64,000 bases of DNA, from NCBI GenBank assembly GCA_038087875.1, contig CM075990.1, positions 4,528,001 through 4,592,000 of the forward strand, in the 5' to 3' direction. Each line of letters opens with the position of its first letter. The first letter of the stretch is position 1. The notes beneath the pieces are model-generated. The model had not been told where the DNA came from. It was given only the letters and a program-made list of their open reading frames with translations, and did not search any database. This DNA comes from Malacoraja senta (taxonomy: Eukaryota). Made by a program: the position numbers and the translations under genes. This document shows, one piece after another, positions 52,000-64,000 of this stretch.

Positions 52000-52800
52000 T
52001 CATCGGCAGTCCCGTTTGTTTGTGTTTTTGTGTTGTTTATTTTGTTTTGGTTAGTCTAGTTTTTGGTTCTTAGTTTGTGTTTTGGGGGTTGAAACGGGGT
52101 TTGCAGTCTCTCCTGCGGGGGAATGCGACTTTTTTGTCATATTCCCCTTCTCTGCCTCCGTCTGCGCTGAGGCCTAATGGAGCTGATGACCTCGAGGCTC
52201 CGGAGGCAGAGCCGCCAGGACTCACTCGCCCTGAGCTCGCTCCCGTGAGGGTGGTCCGGCTCAGGGCTGGAACAGTGCTCCCGTGAGAGGTTGTCGACAG
52301 CGCTCTCGTCAGGGTGAGCGGCCCAAGGGTGGAACGAGGCTCCCGTTGGAGCGGGCCGAGCTCGGGGAGGTGCGGCGCTCGCAGCCCGAGGGAGGTTCGA
52401 CGCCCATGTCGGGGCGGCCCAGCCCGAGGCTGAAGACGGCACGGTACTCATGTGAGGGTGGCTGGGAAGGTGTGCTGGCGGTGGTGGCCTGAGTCCGGGG
52501 TTCGGCCGTGGGCCAGCGGCTGCGTCTGCAGGACTGGTGGGCGGCAGCTTCGACCACCCCGGGCCGCGGTGTTTGAGCCGCGGGACTGATTATAACATCG
52601 CCCGGGGGGTATCGCCTTCAGCGCAGAGGGAGAAGAGGGAGGGAAGAGACTGCAGACCTAAGACTTTTGCCTCCATCACAGTGAGGAGATGCTGGGTGGA
52701 CTCACTGTGGTGGATGTTAATATGTGTTTATTGTTGTTTTATTGTATTATATGTATGACTGCTGCAATTTCGTCCAGACTTCAGTCTGAATGACAATAAA
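52000..52800 (+). mobile_element. Unclassified GC-rich retroposed element ending in AATAAA plus (TATC)n, inserted in a CR1 tail
   Basis: Interrupts a CR1 3' fragment (51870-51996 and 53070-53690). Confidence 0.55.
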
Positions 52801-52804
52801 GGCA

Positions 52805-53057
<253 letters not shown>

Positions 53058-54039
53058 ACCTGTCTACCTGTCTACCTGTCTAACTGTTTCTTAAACAATG
53101 GGATAGTCCCAGCCTCAATTACCTCCTCTGGCAGCTTCTTCCATACACCCACCACCCTTTGTGTGAAAAAGTTACCCCTCACATTCCTATTCAATCTTTT
53201 CCTCTGGTCCTCGATTCCCCTACTCTGGGCAAGAGACTCTGTGCATCTACCCGATCTATTCCTCTCATGATCTTATACACCTCTACAAGATCACCCTCCA
53301 TCCTCCTGCGCTCCATGGAATAGAGACCCAGCCTTTCAACCCCTCCCTATAGCTCACACCCTCTAGTCCTGGCTACATCCTCGTAAATCCTTTCTGAACC
53401 CTTACAATTTGACAATATCTTTCCTATAACATGGTGCCCCGAACCATACCACAATATTCTGAATGCGGTCTCACAAACGTCTTATACAACTGTAACATGA
53501 CCTCCCAACTTCTGTACTCAATACTCTGACTGATGAAGGCCAAAGTGTCAAAAGCCTTTTGACCACCTTATCTACCTGCGACTCGACCTTCAAGGCACCG
53601 TGCACCTGTACTCCTAGATCCCTCTGCTCTACAACACTCCCCAGAGGCCTCCCATTCACTGTGTAGTTCCTGGCCTTGTTTGACATCCCAAAACTCAGCG
53701 GGTGAGGCAGCATCCATGGAGCGAAGGAATAGGTGACGTTTCAGGTCGAGACCCGAAACGTCACCCATTCCTTCGCTCCATAGATGCTGCCTCACCCGCT
53801 GAGTTTCTCCAGCATTTTTGTCTACAGTAAAATCACCTCTGATCACTGCCGTGACATCCTCCGTAACCAACAATGCAAACCCGCCCCCCCCCCCACCCTC
53901 CTCTTGTTCCCTCACCCCTGTCTCTCCTGAAGCACCTGTTCTTACTTTACATGCATTTAAGATCAGGCATAAGAGTTCTCAGGTGAGTAAATTCAAAGCA
54001 CAGAACAGCCACACTTTGGGGTCTCTGCAGATTAATTAC

Positions 54040-54100
54040 CTTTTGCATCTGTCTTTGGTGTCCCAGCTCTGCCGGATAGCATCGATTGGATCTGGCCCAT
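54040..54100 (-). CDS. Small lysine-rich protein gene (ADIRF/FAM25-like position), coding exon 1: MGQIQSMLSGRAGTPKTDAK
   Basis: gaaATGG start context, 61 nt, donor AG|gtaatt, phase 1. Confidence 0.7.
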
Positions 54101-55409
54101 TTCTGCAACACCAGGATGTCGTTGAGGGAACCAAACAGCAGCAATGGGTCACAGCCACAGAGGGAAGCGATTCAGCTGCACTGGGATTGTGTGCTGGACT
54201 TTAAAGCAAGCTAACGCTCCACCCTAGGTTGTCCGTGTTGTGCTTGGCTTTGTGCGTGTGAGCTGGGAGCGGTACGGTGCTAACTGGAGTTGCTTGCGCA
54301 AAGAGAGGAGGATCCAGAATAGTTGACAACAGAATGAAACAAATACTCCCCTCGGGCTACAGAGGCAGCAAAACAAAGGACACACATTCCGGAGGCACGA
54401 GGAACTGCAGGTGTTGGAGTCTTGAGCAGAAACACAAAGTGCTGGAGGAACTCAGGCAACATTCAGACTGAAGACGTCACCCATCCTTTTTCTCCAGAGA
54501 TGCCGCCTGACCCGCTGAGTTACTCCAGCGCTTGTGTCTATCTCCGGTGTAAACCAGCACCTGCAGTTCTTTGTTTCCGCCATCTGTGGAGGGAATGGGT
54601 GGGTAACATTTGGGTGGGGACCCTTCTTCAGACTGATTGGAATGGAGTGGGGGGAGGGGAGGGGAGGGGAGGGGAGGGGAGGGGGCGGTGGAGTGAGCTG
54701 GAAAAGAGAGGTGGGAGCGAGACAAAGCCTGGCAAGTGATAGGTGGATACAGGTGAGGGCGGTGTGGATTGGCAGATGGGAGGAGTGAGTGCCAAAGGCG
54801 AGGGATGAAAAGGAGACATATTTGAGCTCGTCCAAGTGCATAATAAAAAAGGGAGGAAAACGTGAGGAAATGCTGGTGTTTAATTAATCAAAGGTTGCAA
54901 TGAGTCCCACTTCTTGAGCTGTAGCAATCTGTTCCCTGTAGCTATTCCCACAGCCCTGTTGGAGTCACAGGCCCTTCGGCCCAACTTGCCCATGCCGACC
55001 AAGATGCCCCATCATCATTAGTCCCACCTGCTCACATTTGGCCCAAATCCCTCTAAACTTTTCCTATCCATGTACCCATCCAAATGTCTTTTAAATGTTC
55101 ACTATAGTACCTGATGCAACTACCTCCTCTGGCAGCTCATTCCATATACCCAGCAACCTCTGTGTAGAAATATTGCCCCTCAGGTTCCGATTAAACCTTT
55201 CCCTTCTCGTCTTAAATGTATGTCCTCTGGTTTTTGATTCCCCTACTCTGGGTAAAAGACGGTGCATTCACCCTATCGATTCCCCTCATGATATTACCCA
55301 CCTCTATAAGGTCACCCCTCGGCCTCCTGCGCTCCTAGGAGTCGAGTCCTAGCCAGAACCTTCAGGTTTAAAACTGCCTGAAGAAGAAAGATCCCAACCC
55401 GAAAGGTCA

Positions 55410-55890
55410 TCCCGGGAATTACAAGGTTAAATGCTTGTCAAATGCTGAGAGAATGAAGCGGCTGGGCTTGTACACTCTGGAGTTTAGAAGGATGAGAGGT
55501 AATCTTATTGAGACATATAAGATTATTAAGGGTTTGGACACGCTAGAGGCAGGAAACATGTTCCCGATGTTGGGGGAGTCCAGAACCAGGGGCCACAGTT
55601 TAAGAATAAGGAGTAAGCCATTTAGAACGGAGACGTGGAAACACTTTTTCTCACAGTTAGTTGTGAGTCTGTGGAATTCCCTGCCTCAGAGGGCGGTCGA
55701 GGCCGGTTCTCTGGATACTTTCAAGAGAGAGCTAGATAGGGCTCTTAAAGATAGCGGAGTCAGAGGATATGGGGAAAAGGCAGGAACAGGGTACTGATGG
55801 GGATGATCAGGCATGATCACATTGAATGGCGGTGCTGGCTCGAAGGGCCGAATGGCCTACTCCTGCACCTATTGTCTATTGTCTATTGTC
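55410..55890 (+). mobile_element. CR1 3' fragment
   Basis: RLGLYTLEFRRMRGNLIETYK..., (tattgtc)n tail. Confidence 0.9.
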
Positions 55891-56214
55891 ACTTATCCAT
55901 GTTCTCCAGAGATGCTGCCTGACCTGCTGAGTTACTCCAGCACTTTGTGTCCATTTCTCTCACTCCAGGTTCTTCTCCAGCCCAGCAGAAGTGTCCCTGA
56001 CCCTGGCATATGGCTGGTCATTGATAATCTAACCGATCTCTACACATTTAGCCAATTACTCATTCGCAGCCAGTTTAAATCTCCAGTGGCCATTTCGGTG
56101 GCTGTGGACTCAATGATGGCCACTTGGATTAATCAGTATCTTAACTCGTGTGAAAGTGGAAGATAAAGAATCAAGTGAGGCCTGGATCACGGAACATGAC
56201 GAGTCTGAATGAAA

Positions 56215-56985
56215 TTTAGTTTTGTTTTGTTTAGAGATGCAGCATTGAAACAGGCCATTCGGCCCACCGAGTCCATGCTGACCATCGATCACCAGGTCCC
56301 TCCTGCTCCATGTTATCCCACTTTCCCATCCGCTCCCTACACACTTGGGGCAATTTACCTAGGCCAATTAACCTGCAAATGCGAACGTCTTTGGGATGCG
56401 GGCGGAAGCTGGAGCACTTGGAGGAAACCCGCGCGGTCACAGGGAGGTCGTGCAAACTCCCCGTAGACAGCACTCTTCGTCAGGATCGAAACCCGGGTCT
56501 CTGGCGCTGCGCCACCATGCCGTCCCAAATGGGAATGCAAATTGAGAGATGGAGGAGTCTGAGCAGGGAGGGTAGAGGGATCGTGTTGAAGGTGAGGGGA
56601 GCCATTCTACTGCGACAGACAGGAGAACATCAACAACAAACAATCGTCCAAGGCTGGTAACATTTGTTGGAGGCTGATCAATAAAGAAATCAATTTAGTT
56701 TAGAGAGACAGCGTGGAAACTGGCCCTTCGGCCCACCGAGTCCACACCGACCGTTCACCCATACACTAGTTCTATTCTACACACAAGGGACAATTTACAG
56801 AAGCCAATTAACCTGAAAACCAGCACATCTTTGTAATGTGGGAGGAAATCAGTGCACCTGGAGAAAACCCACGGGGTCACCGGGAGAACATACAAGCACC
56901 GTACAGGCAGCATGCATAAAAAGGATCAAACACGGATCTCTGGCACTGTAAGGTAGCAACTCTACCACTGTGTCTCTATGCTGTC
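56215..56985 (-). mobile_element. Two HE1-like SINEs (56215-56525, 56694-56985)
   Basis: Reverse complement of the SINE pattern. Confidence 0.8.
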
Positions 56986-57495
56986 TTAGTCTTCTTTTTT
57001 TTAATACATTTTTCAGTATCTCACCCCTACTGGCAATGCCAGCATCTATTACTCACCCCAATTGTCTCTGCGTAGGCAGTGGGGAGTCATTCTCTTAAAC
57101 CAGGCAGTCCGACTGTTGGAGGTATCCCCTGGGAGGAGATCCAAGTTCGGGAGTTCCAGGATTTAGACCCAACGATCCTGAAGAAGTCACAATATTTTTC
57201 CAAGTCAGGATGTTGGAGGTGAAACTCCAGGTGATGGTTGTATGTCCATCCACCAGTCTGAAGAAAGGTGCCAACAAGAAACATCACCTCTTCATGTTCT
57301 CTGGAGATGCTGCCTGACCCGCTGAGTTACTCCAGCACTTTGTGCTTTTTTGCTTCAGATTCCAGCATTTCATTAGTTCATAAATTCTACGAGCGGAATT
57401 AGGCCAAGTCTCCTCCGCCTCTCAATCATGCCTGATTTATCTTTCCCTCTCAACCTCATTCTCCTGCCTTCGTCCCGTAACCCCCGACACCCTTA

Positions 57496-57704
57496 AGGGC
57501 TTGTCCCACTTGGCGATTTTTTCGCGTCATATCAGTGTCGCCAAAAGATTTTGAACATTTCAAACTCCAGTCGCGACAATAAAATGTTGCGACACTTGAA
57601 AAAACATATGTCATCACGCCACGTCACGCTGTGAATTTTTCGGCGACCTGATACGTCAGTCAATGATGGTGGCAGTCGCCGAAGAAATCACCAAGACAGG
57701 CCCT
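57496..57704. mobile_element. PIF/Harbinger-type MITE
   Basis: Ends agggcttgtcccacttggcg and ccaagacaggccct resemble the 7590 TIRs. Confidence 0.7.
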
Positions 57705-60294
57705 TTACTAAATATGAATCTGAAGATCCTTGTGTCTACCTGGTACCTATGTCATGCTTGGTGGTGGAGGCTGAGACTTTGGGACGCACCTTTAGAAAGG
57801 AGATGAGGAGCAATTGCTTTAGTCAGAGGGTGGTGAATCTGCGGGATGGATTGCCCCGGACTGCTGTGGAGGCCAAATCACCGCCCAGGAACGAGGGAGT
57901 TGACAAAAGGCGGTGAACACTGCCCAGTCCATCAATAGCACTGACCTCCCCACCATCGAAGGGATCTAAAGGAGGCACTGCCTCAAAAAGGCAGCCAGCA
58001 TCACCAAACACCCAGACCATCCTGGCCACGTTCTTATTTCACTCCTGCCATTGGACAGAAGTCTGAAAACCATGACCTCCAGGTTCAGAAACATCTTCTT
58101 CCTAACAACCATCAGGCTATTGAACATGACCAAACTGCATTGGTTGAATTAGGGACTTCGGGCTCTGTTTTGTTATTTGCAGTATATTGTTTTTTTTTAT
58201 TTATTGATCTACTTTTCTACATTTGTTTATTATATTGTTTATTGAGCCTTGTTTATACGAACCTGTTGTGCCGCCTCAAGTAAGAATTTCATTGTTCTGC
58301 TTCGGTGCATACGACAATCATATATGCTCGACTCTGCTCCATAACATTGCCTGCCTCCACCCTGCCCCAGCTCATCTTGTGTGAGTCATTCAAGGAATGT
58401 GGGCTTCACAGGCTGAGCCAGTAATTAATTGCCCTTAAGAAAGGTGTCATTCGTCAGAAGGAGCTGCCTGCATTCTTCAACCACCACAGACCTCGAGGTG
58501 CGGGCGTACCCCAGAAAGTTGTTAGGCAGGGAGTTGCAGGATTTGGACTCAGAAAGGATGAAGGGACAGCAATATATGAGTGGGTTAACAAATGATGAAC
58601 GTTTGACGGCACTGGGCCTGCACTCGCTGGAACGTAGAAGGATGAGGGGGGAACCTCACTGAAACTTACCGAATAGTGAAAGGCTTGGACAGAGTGGATG
58701 TTTCCACTAGTGGGAGAGTCTGGGACCAGAGGCCATAGCTTCAGAATTAAAGGACGTTCCTTTAGGAAAAGGATGTGGAGGAATATCTTTAGTCAGAGGG
58801 TGGTGAATCTGTCAAATTCATTGCCACAGAAGGCTGTGGAGGTCAAGTCAATGGATATTTTTAAAGCAGAGATACTGTAGATAGATTCTCGATTAGTACG
58901 GGTGTCAGGGGTTATGGGGAGAAGGCAGGGGAATAGGGTTAGAAGGGAGGGAAAGATCAGCTTGATTGAATGGCGGAGTAGACGTGATGGGCCGAATGGT
59001 CTAATTCTACTCCTGTCACTTCTGAACTAATGAATATTTCCCAGTCAGGAGATTGCAGTGTGTCTGGTCATTGTGTAGTTGGCCATTTAGATCGCCTGAC
59101 ACCAGCAGTGCCCACTTTATTGAGAGAAAAGCAAATGATATCACAGTGCTCCAAATTCACATGAGACAGCCCCACACACACACACACGCATTGTGGAGCT
59201 TCCAGCTTCATTTTATGCCATGGGTGTAGTCTGGCAGCATGCAAATAATACCACGATGGCCTGATTCCAACAATAACACTGGTATGATCTCATTTACCAT
59301 CTATGCAAAAACTTCAGGATTAGTGCAACTACCAAGAAAATGTTCTCAAGCATTTACCTCTTACCTCTGGAGAACTTACATTTTGCCCAATATTTGCTAA
59401 AACAATACAATGGGATTGATTTTCCAGGCATCGGTGGAGGACTGGTGGATCAGGGTGCCAGTGTACAGTTCAGTTTCCCTTACAGCATGGAAACCAGCCG
59501 TTCAGCCCACCGTGCCCAAACCGACCATCAATCTGCCCTTCACACTAGTTCTATATTATCCCACATTCCCATCCACCCCCTACACACTCGGGTCAATTTA
59601 CAGAGGGCCAATTAACCTACAACCCCGCACGCTTTGGGGATGTGACAGGAATCCCGAGCACCAGGAGGGAACCCACGAGGTCACAGGGAGAAAGTGCAAT
59701 CTCCATACAAACAGCGCCCCCAGGTCAGGATTGAACCTGGGTCCCTGGCACTGTGAGGCAGCGGGTCTACCAGCTGTGCTACTGTGTCGCCCACATTAGT
59801 GAGTAAGCCTCTACATGCCTATGAACCATTCTCAAATTCAGCTGCCTACAGACATCTGTGTCTATAAGACCCGGATTCTTGCTGGCACGTTACTAGAGTA
59901 CCAACCAGGTGGTCTGCAAAGGAACCTATCTCCGCGGAGATTGTGTAGGAAGGAACTGTAGATGGGGCTTTATACCAACGGTAGGCACTAAATGCTGGAG
60001 TAACTCAACAAAACTCAGCGCGTCAGGCAACATCTCTGGAGAAAAAGAATAGGTGACGTTTCGGGTTGGAAACCTTCTTCAAACTGAAAGTAGATGTTGG
60101 GGTTGAGGGGGGGGGGGGGGGGACTGGAGGCAAGAAAAGGCCAGAACAAATCGGAGCCGGCAGCAGATGAACTCAGGAAGGATGGAGCCCATAGTTGGCT
60201 GAGGAAGGTGAAGATTGGCCCTGTTGTTACCAATATGCTGCAAATCTATTGAGGGAGTGCAGCTTAGATTTACAAGGTTAATTCCTGGCGGGAC

Positions 60295-60649
60295 CAAAGA
60301 CCAAAGTTGACGTGTAGTACGCAACGGAGCGGAACGTGGGCCTTTTTTCATCCATTTCCGTAACCTGACCCGACCCGATTCGCAGTGTAATCAACGTTGC
60401 GGGGGAACAGTTTGTGTTAATAAATTAAAATTCTGAAAATGAGGAGAAGATTTTTACCAAATAAATTTTATTTTTACGAGGATGTTTCCGTAACCGGCTT
60501 CCGTCTCCGCACTAGTATCCTATGGGATCTTTGGTGCGGAGACGGAAGCCGGTTACGGAAATGGGGCCAAAAATTACCCATGAATCTGCCCATGACCGTA
60601 CTATGTCTTTTTCGTCAAGTGATCTATCTTGCTTGCTATAGGATCTTTG
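60295..60649. mobile_element. hAT-type MITE, copy 3, nested in a CR1 fragment (60247-61060)
   Basis: Perfect 8-bp TSD ggcgggac at 60287-60294 and 60650-60657. Confidence 0.9.
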
Positions 60650-61678
60650 GGCGGGACTGTCATATGCTGAGAGAATGGAGCGGCTGGGCTTGTACACTCT
60701 GGAGTTTAGAAGGATGAGAGGGAATCTTATTGAAACATATAAGATTATTAAGGGTTTGGACACGCTAGAGGCAGGAAACATGATTCCGATGTTGGGGGAG
60801 TTCAGAACCAGGGGCCACAGTTTTATGAATAAGGTGTAAGCCATTTAGAATGGAGACGAGGAAACACTTTTTCTCACAGAGAGTCTGTGGAATTCTCTGC
60901 CTCAGAGGGCGGTGGAGGCCGGTTCTCTGGATACTTTCAAGAGAGAGCCAGATAGGGCTCCTAAAGAGAGCGGAGTCAGGGGATATGGGGAGAAGGCAGG
61001 AACGGGGTACTGATTGTGGATGATCAGTCATGATCACATTGAATGGCGGTGCTGGCTCCAAGGTCTGAGACCCTTCGTCAGAACAGATGAGTGGGCAGCA
61101 CTCTGCCGCAGCTGGTAGAACTGCTGCCTCACAGCACCAGAGATCCTTTTGTGTTAACCAGCATCTGCAGTTCATTGTCTCTAATCTGCCTCGGAACCTT
61201 CCCTATCAATCTGCTTCAATAATATCACGCAAGTTCTAAAATATTGTGCATAACATGAAATGCACTCAAGACAACTGAAGTTTGCTCTTCTATTAAGGGT
61301 AAAATAGCGTATTCATATCATGCCCCTGGGGTGGAAGATTGTAACCTTCACGTGGTCCACCCTGTTTCAACGAATGCAATCAACCTGGCGTGCACAATCA
61401 AATAAGATCAAATAGAGCAAGTTGTCCTACAACTTTAGGCTGTGCACACCATACGCAAGAAGCAGAAGCAGAAGCAGAAGCAGAAGCAGAAGCCCCTAAC
61501 AATAATTCTGATGCCAAGCATTAGCACAGATTCCAGAAAACCTGGATACTGAGTTGATTACAGACACAAAATGCTCATAGCTGGTCAGACAGCATCAGGT
61601 GAGAGAGGGGAAGGGAGGGAGAGAGGGAAGTGGTGAGGGGGTGGGAGGAAGAGAGGGGGAGAGGGGTTAAAAAAAATT

Positions 61679-61988
61679 GGGCTGCCTGGTGGGGCAGTGG
61701 TAGAGTTGCTGCCTCACAGCACCGGAGACCCGGGTTCGAACCTGATTACAGGTGCTTGCCAGGATTGAGTACGTCTGTTCTCCCCGTGACCACGTGGCTT
61801 TTCTCAGAGATCTCCGGTTTCCTCCCACTCTCCAAAGACGTACAGGTTTGCAGGTTAATTGGCTCGGTATAATTGTAAATTGTCCCTAGTGTGTATTTAT
61901 AACGTTAGTGTGCGGGGATTGCTGGTCAGTGCAGACTTCGTGGGCTGAAGAGCCTTTTTATGCGCTGTATCTCAAAGCGAAACTAAAC
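61679..61988 (+). mobile_element. HE1-like SINE
   Basis: Head, V-domain, tail. Confidence 0.8.
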
Positions 61989-63369
61989 GGTTAAGTCAGA
62001 TACTATAACAGCAGTTAAAAGGCACTCAGGCAGATACACAGATAGGAAAGGTTTGGAGGGATATAGGCAAATGGGACTAGCTTAGATGGGGCATCTAGGA
62101 TGACATGTTGGGCCAAATGGCCTGGTTCCATGCTGTATGACTCTCCCCTCCAAATACCTCTTGTGTTTGACAGTCTGAAGTTGATGGATTTTTGACTTGT
62201 GCAAGGGACAGATTAATCATGGCAGCCTGCAGGTATAACTTGCCTTGCCTCAACGTTCAAAAGTGATAGGAGCAGAATTAGGCCATTCGGCCCATCAAGT
62301 CTACTCCACCATTCAATCATGGCTGATCTATCTTTCCCTCTTAACCTCAGTCTCCTGCCTTCTCCCCATAACCCCTGACACCCGTACTAATCAATAATCT
62401 ATCTATTTCTGCTTTGATGGCCTTAACAGCCAGTGGCAATGAACTCCACAGATTCGCCACCATCCGACTAAAGAAATTCCTCCACATCTCCTTCCTAAAG
62501 GAACGTCCTTTAATTCTGAGGCTATGACTTCTGGCCCTAGACTCTCCCACTAGTGGAAACATCCTCTCCACGTCCACTCTGTCCAGGCCTTTCACTATTT
62601 GGTAAGTTTCAACAACGTTCCCCCCTCATCCTTCTAAACATCTCCATAAACTTGGTGAAAATCTATCCTTCCGGCCAATCTTCACCTAAACCTTCCCCAT
62701 TATCCCACCACAATTGCGACCTTTATTCTTCCCTTCCTGTCATCTTTTCATTCCTGTCATCCAAAACTCGAAGATTGCGGTCCAAGCCCAGGGGAACAGC
62801 AGACGTGCAATTTGTTACATTCACCGTGAGTGTCACCCGTTGCATGACTCCAATCGACAAGCTGCAAATTGGAGCAACGTTTTGCTTGTTTATATTCGAG
62901 GCTCCTGAAGATTTATGAAGACCTCCCAAAATAACCACCAATTGGCTTCAAGGCCTAGTTTCGTGGTAGAAAACAGATTCCATGAAACCAGTAGAACAAA
63001 TTCTGGAGAGCAAAGCTGTTTCACCTGTTCCTATTTATGGGCGCACCCTCTTATATCATTCCAGCTACCAACATCCTCAGGCTAAATGCTGGCCGTAAAA
63101 ACATGTTTTTCTTTGCTTTCTCAAACTGGAAATTACCCTGTGAAGTGGAAAGCCATTTAATTAAAGCTTCTGAGAAAAGCATAAGAGGAGATGTAACTTT
63201 CTTTGCTTTATCCACTCTATTTTTCGCGCTTGATTAGATCCCTCCTTGGTTCACTGCATCTTGTAAAAGAGCCGCCGCTGATGGAGAGATTCTTTTCAGC
63301 TCCATATAAATGTCCCTTTTCAAAAACACCAACGTCACAAGTCCTATTGGTACATGGTAGAGTAAAACA

Positions 63370-63885
63370 TGCAAGAGTCAAGAGTGTTTTATTGTCATGT
63401 GTCCCAGATAGGACAATGAAATTCTTGCTTGCTGCAGCACAACAGGATATGTAAACATACATAATGGGAGGAAAAAGTTCAGTGTGTAGAAAAAAAACAC
63501 ATGCACACATGCTCAATAAATAAACAAATATAGTGCAATAATAATAATAGGCTGTTGTAGTTCAGAGCATATTTGTTGCCGTGTTTAATAGCCTGATGGC
63601 TGTGGGGAAATAGCTGTTCCTGAACCTGGACGTTACAGTTTTCAGGCTCTTGTACCTTCTTCCTGATGGCAGTGGTGAGATGAGTGTGTGGCCAGGATGG
63701 TGTGGGTCTCTGATGATATTGGCCGCCTTTTTGAGGCAGCGACTTTGATAGATCCCTTCGATGGTGGGGAGGTCAGAGCCGGTGATGGACCGGGCAGTGG
63801 TCACAACATTTTGCAGTCTTTTCCGCTCCTGGACGTTCAAGTTGCCGAACCAGGCCACGACGCACCCATCCTGCACTCCATCCAT
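63370..63885 (-). mobile_element. Rex/Babar-like LINE 3' fragment
   Basis: WFGNLNVQERKRLQNVV...HPGHTLISPLPSGRRYKSLKTVTSRFRNSYFPTAIRLLN. Confidence 0.75.
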
Positions 63886-64000
63886 TTTAGTTTAGAGATG
63901 GAGTGTGGAATCCCGCCCTTCGGCTCACTGAGCCCGCACCGACCAGTGAGCACCCCTATACTATTTCCACCCTACACTATGAGGAACATTGCGTGCAGTT

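Noticed and set aside
62640..63360. Non-repetitive stretch with a minus-strand AATAAA near 62721, possibly the 3' end of the next gene
   Set aside because: No recognisable coding exon or splice structure within the window.

Overview
Eukaryotic genomic DNA from a cartilaginous fish, most likely a skate or ray. The synuclein C-terminus closely resembles Torpedo synuclein as I recall it, and the repeats are elasmobranch-type. The window holds the conserved head-to-head pair MMRN2 (minus strand, coding exons 1-6 at 4032-23038; the last C1q exon is not in the window) and SNCG (plus strand, coding exons at 29565-39927; first coding exon not found, probably in the 200-N gap at 27324-27523). A third gene, not recovered as a unit by the ORF track, can be assembled by hand: three exons on the minus strand (54100-54040, 50761-50699, 47119-47046) encoding a 65-aa lysine-rich protein with an N-myristoylation-type start, at the syntenic position of ADIRF/FAM25. 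The rest is mostly repeats: a 5'-complete CR1 LINE, many CR1, Rex/Babar and Tx1 fragments, HE1-like tRNA-derived V-SINEs, Penelope fragments, short Penelope-derived palindromic elements with a hammerhead-ribozyme-like core, hAT and PIF/Harbinger MITEs, and microsatellites. Several 1-nt homopolymer frameshifts in conserved exons suggest residual assembly errors. Repeat boundaries are approximate.
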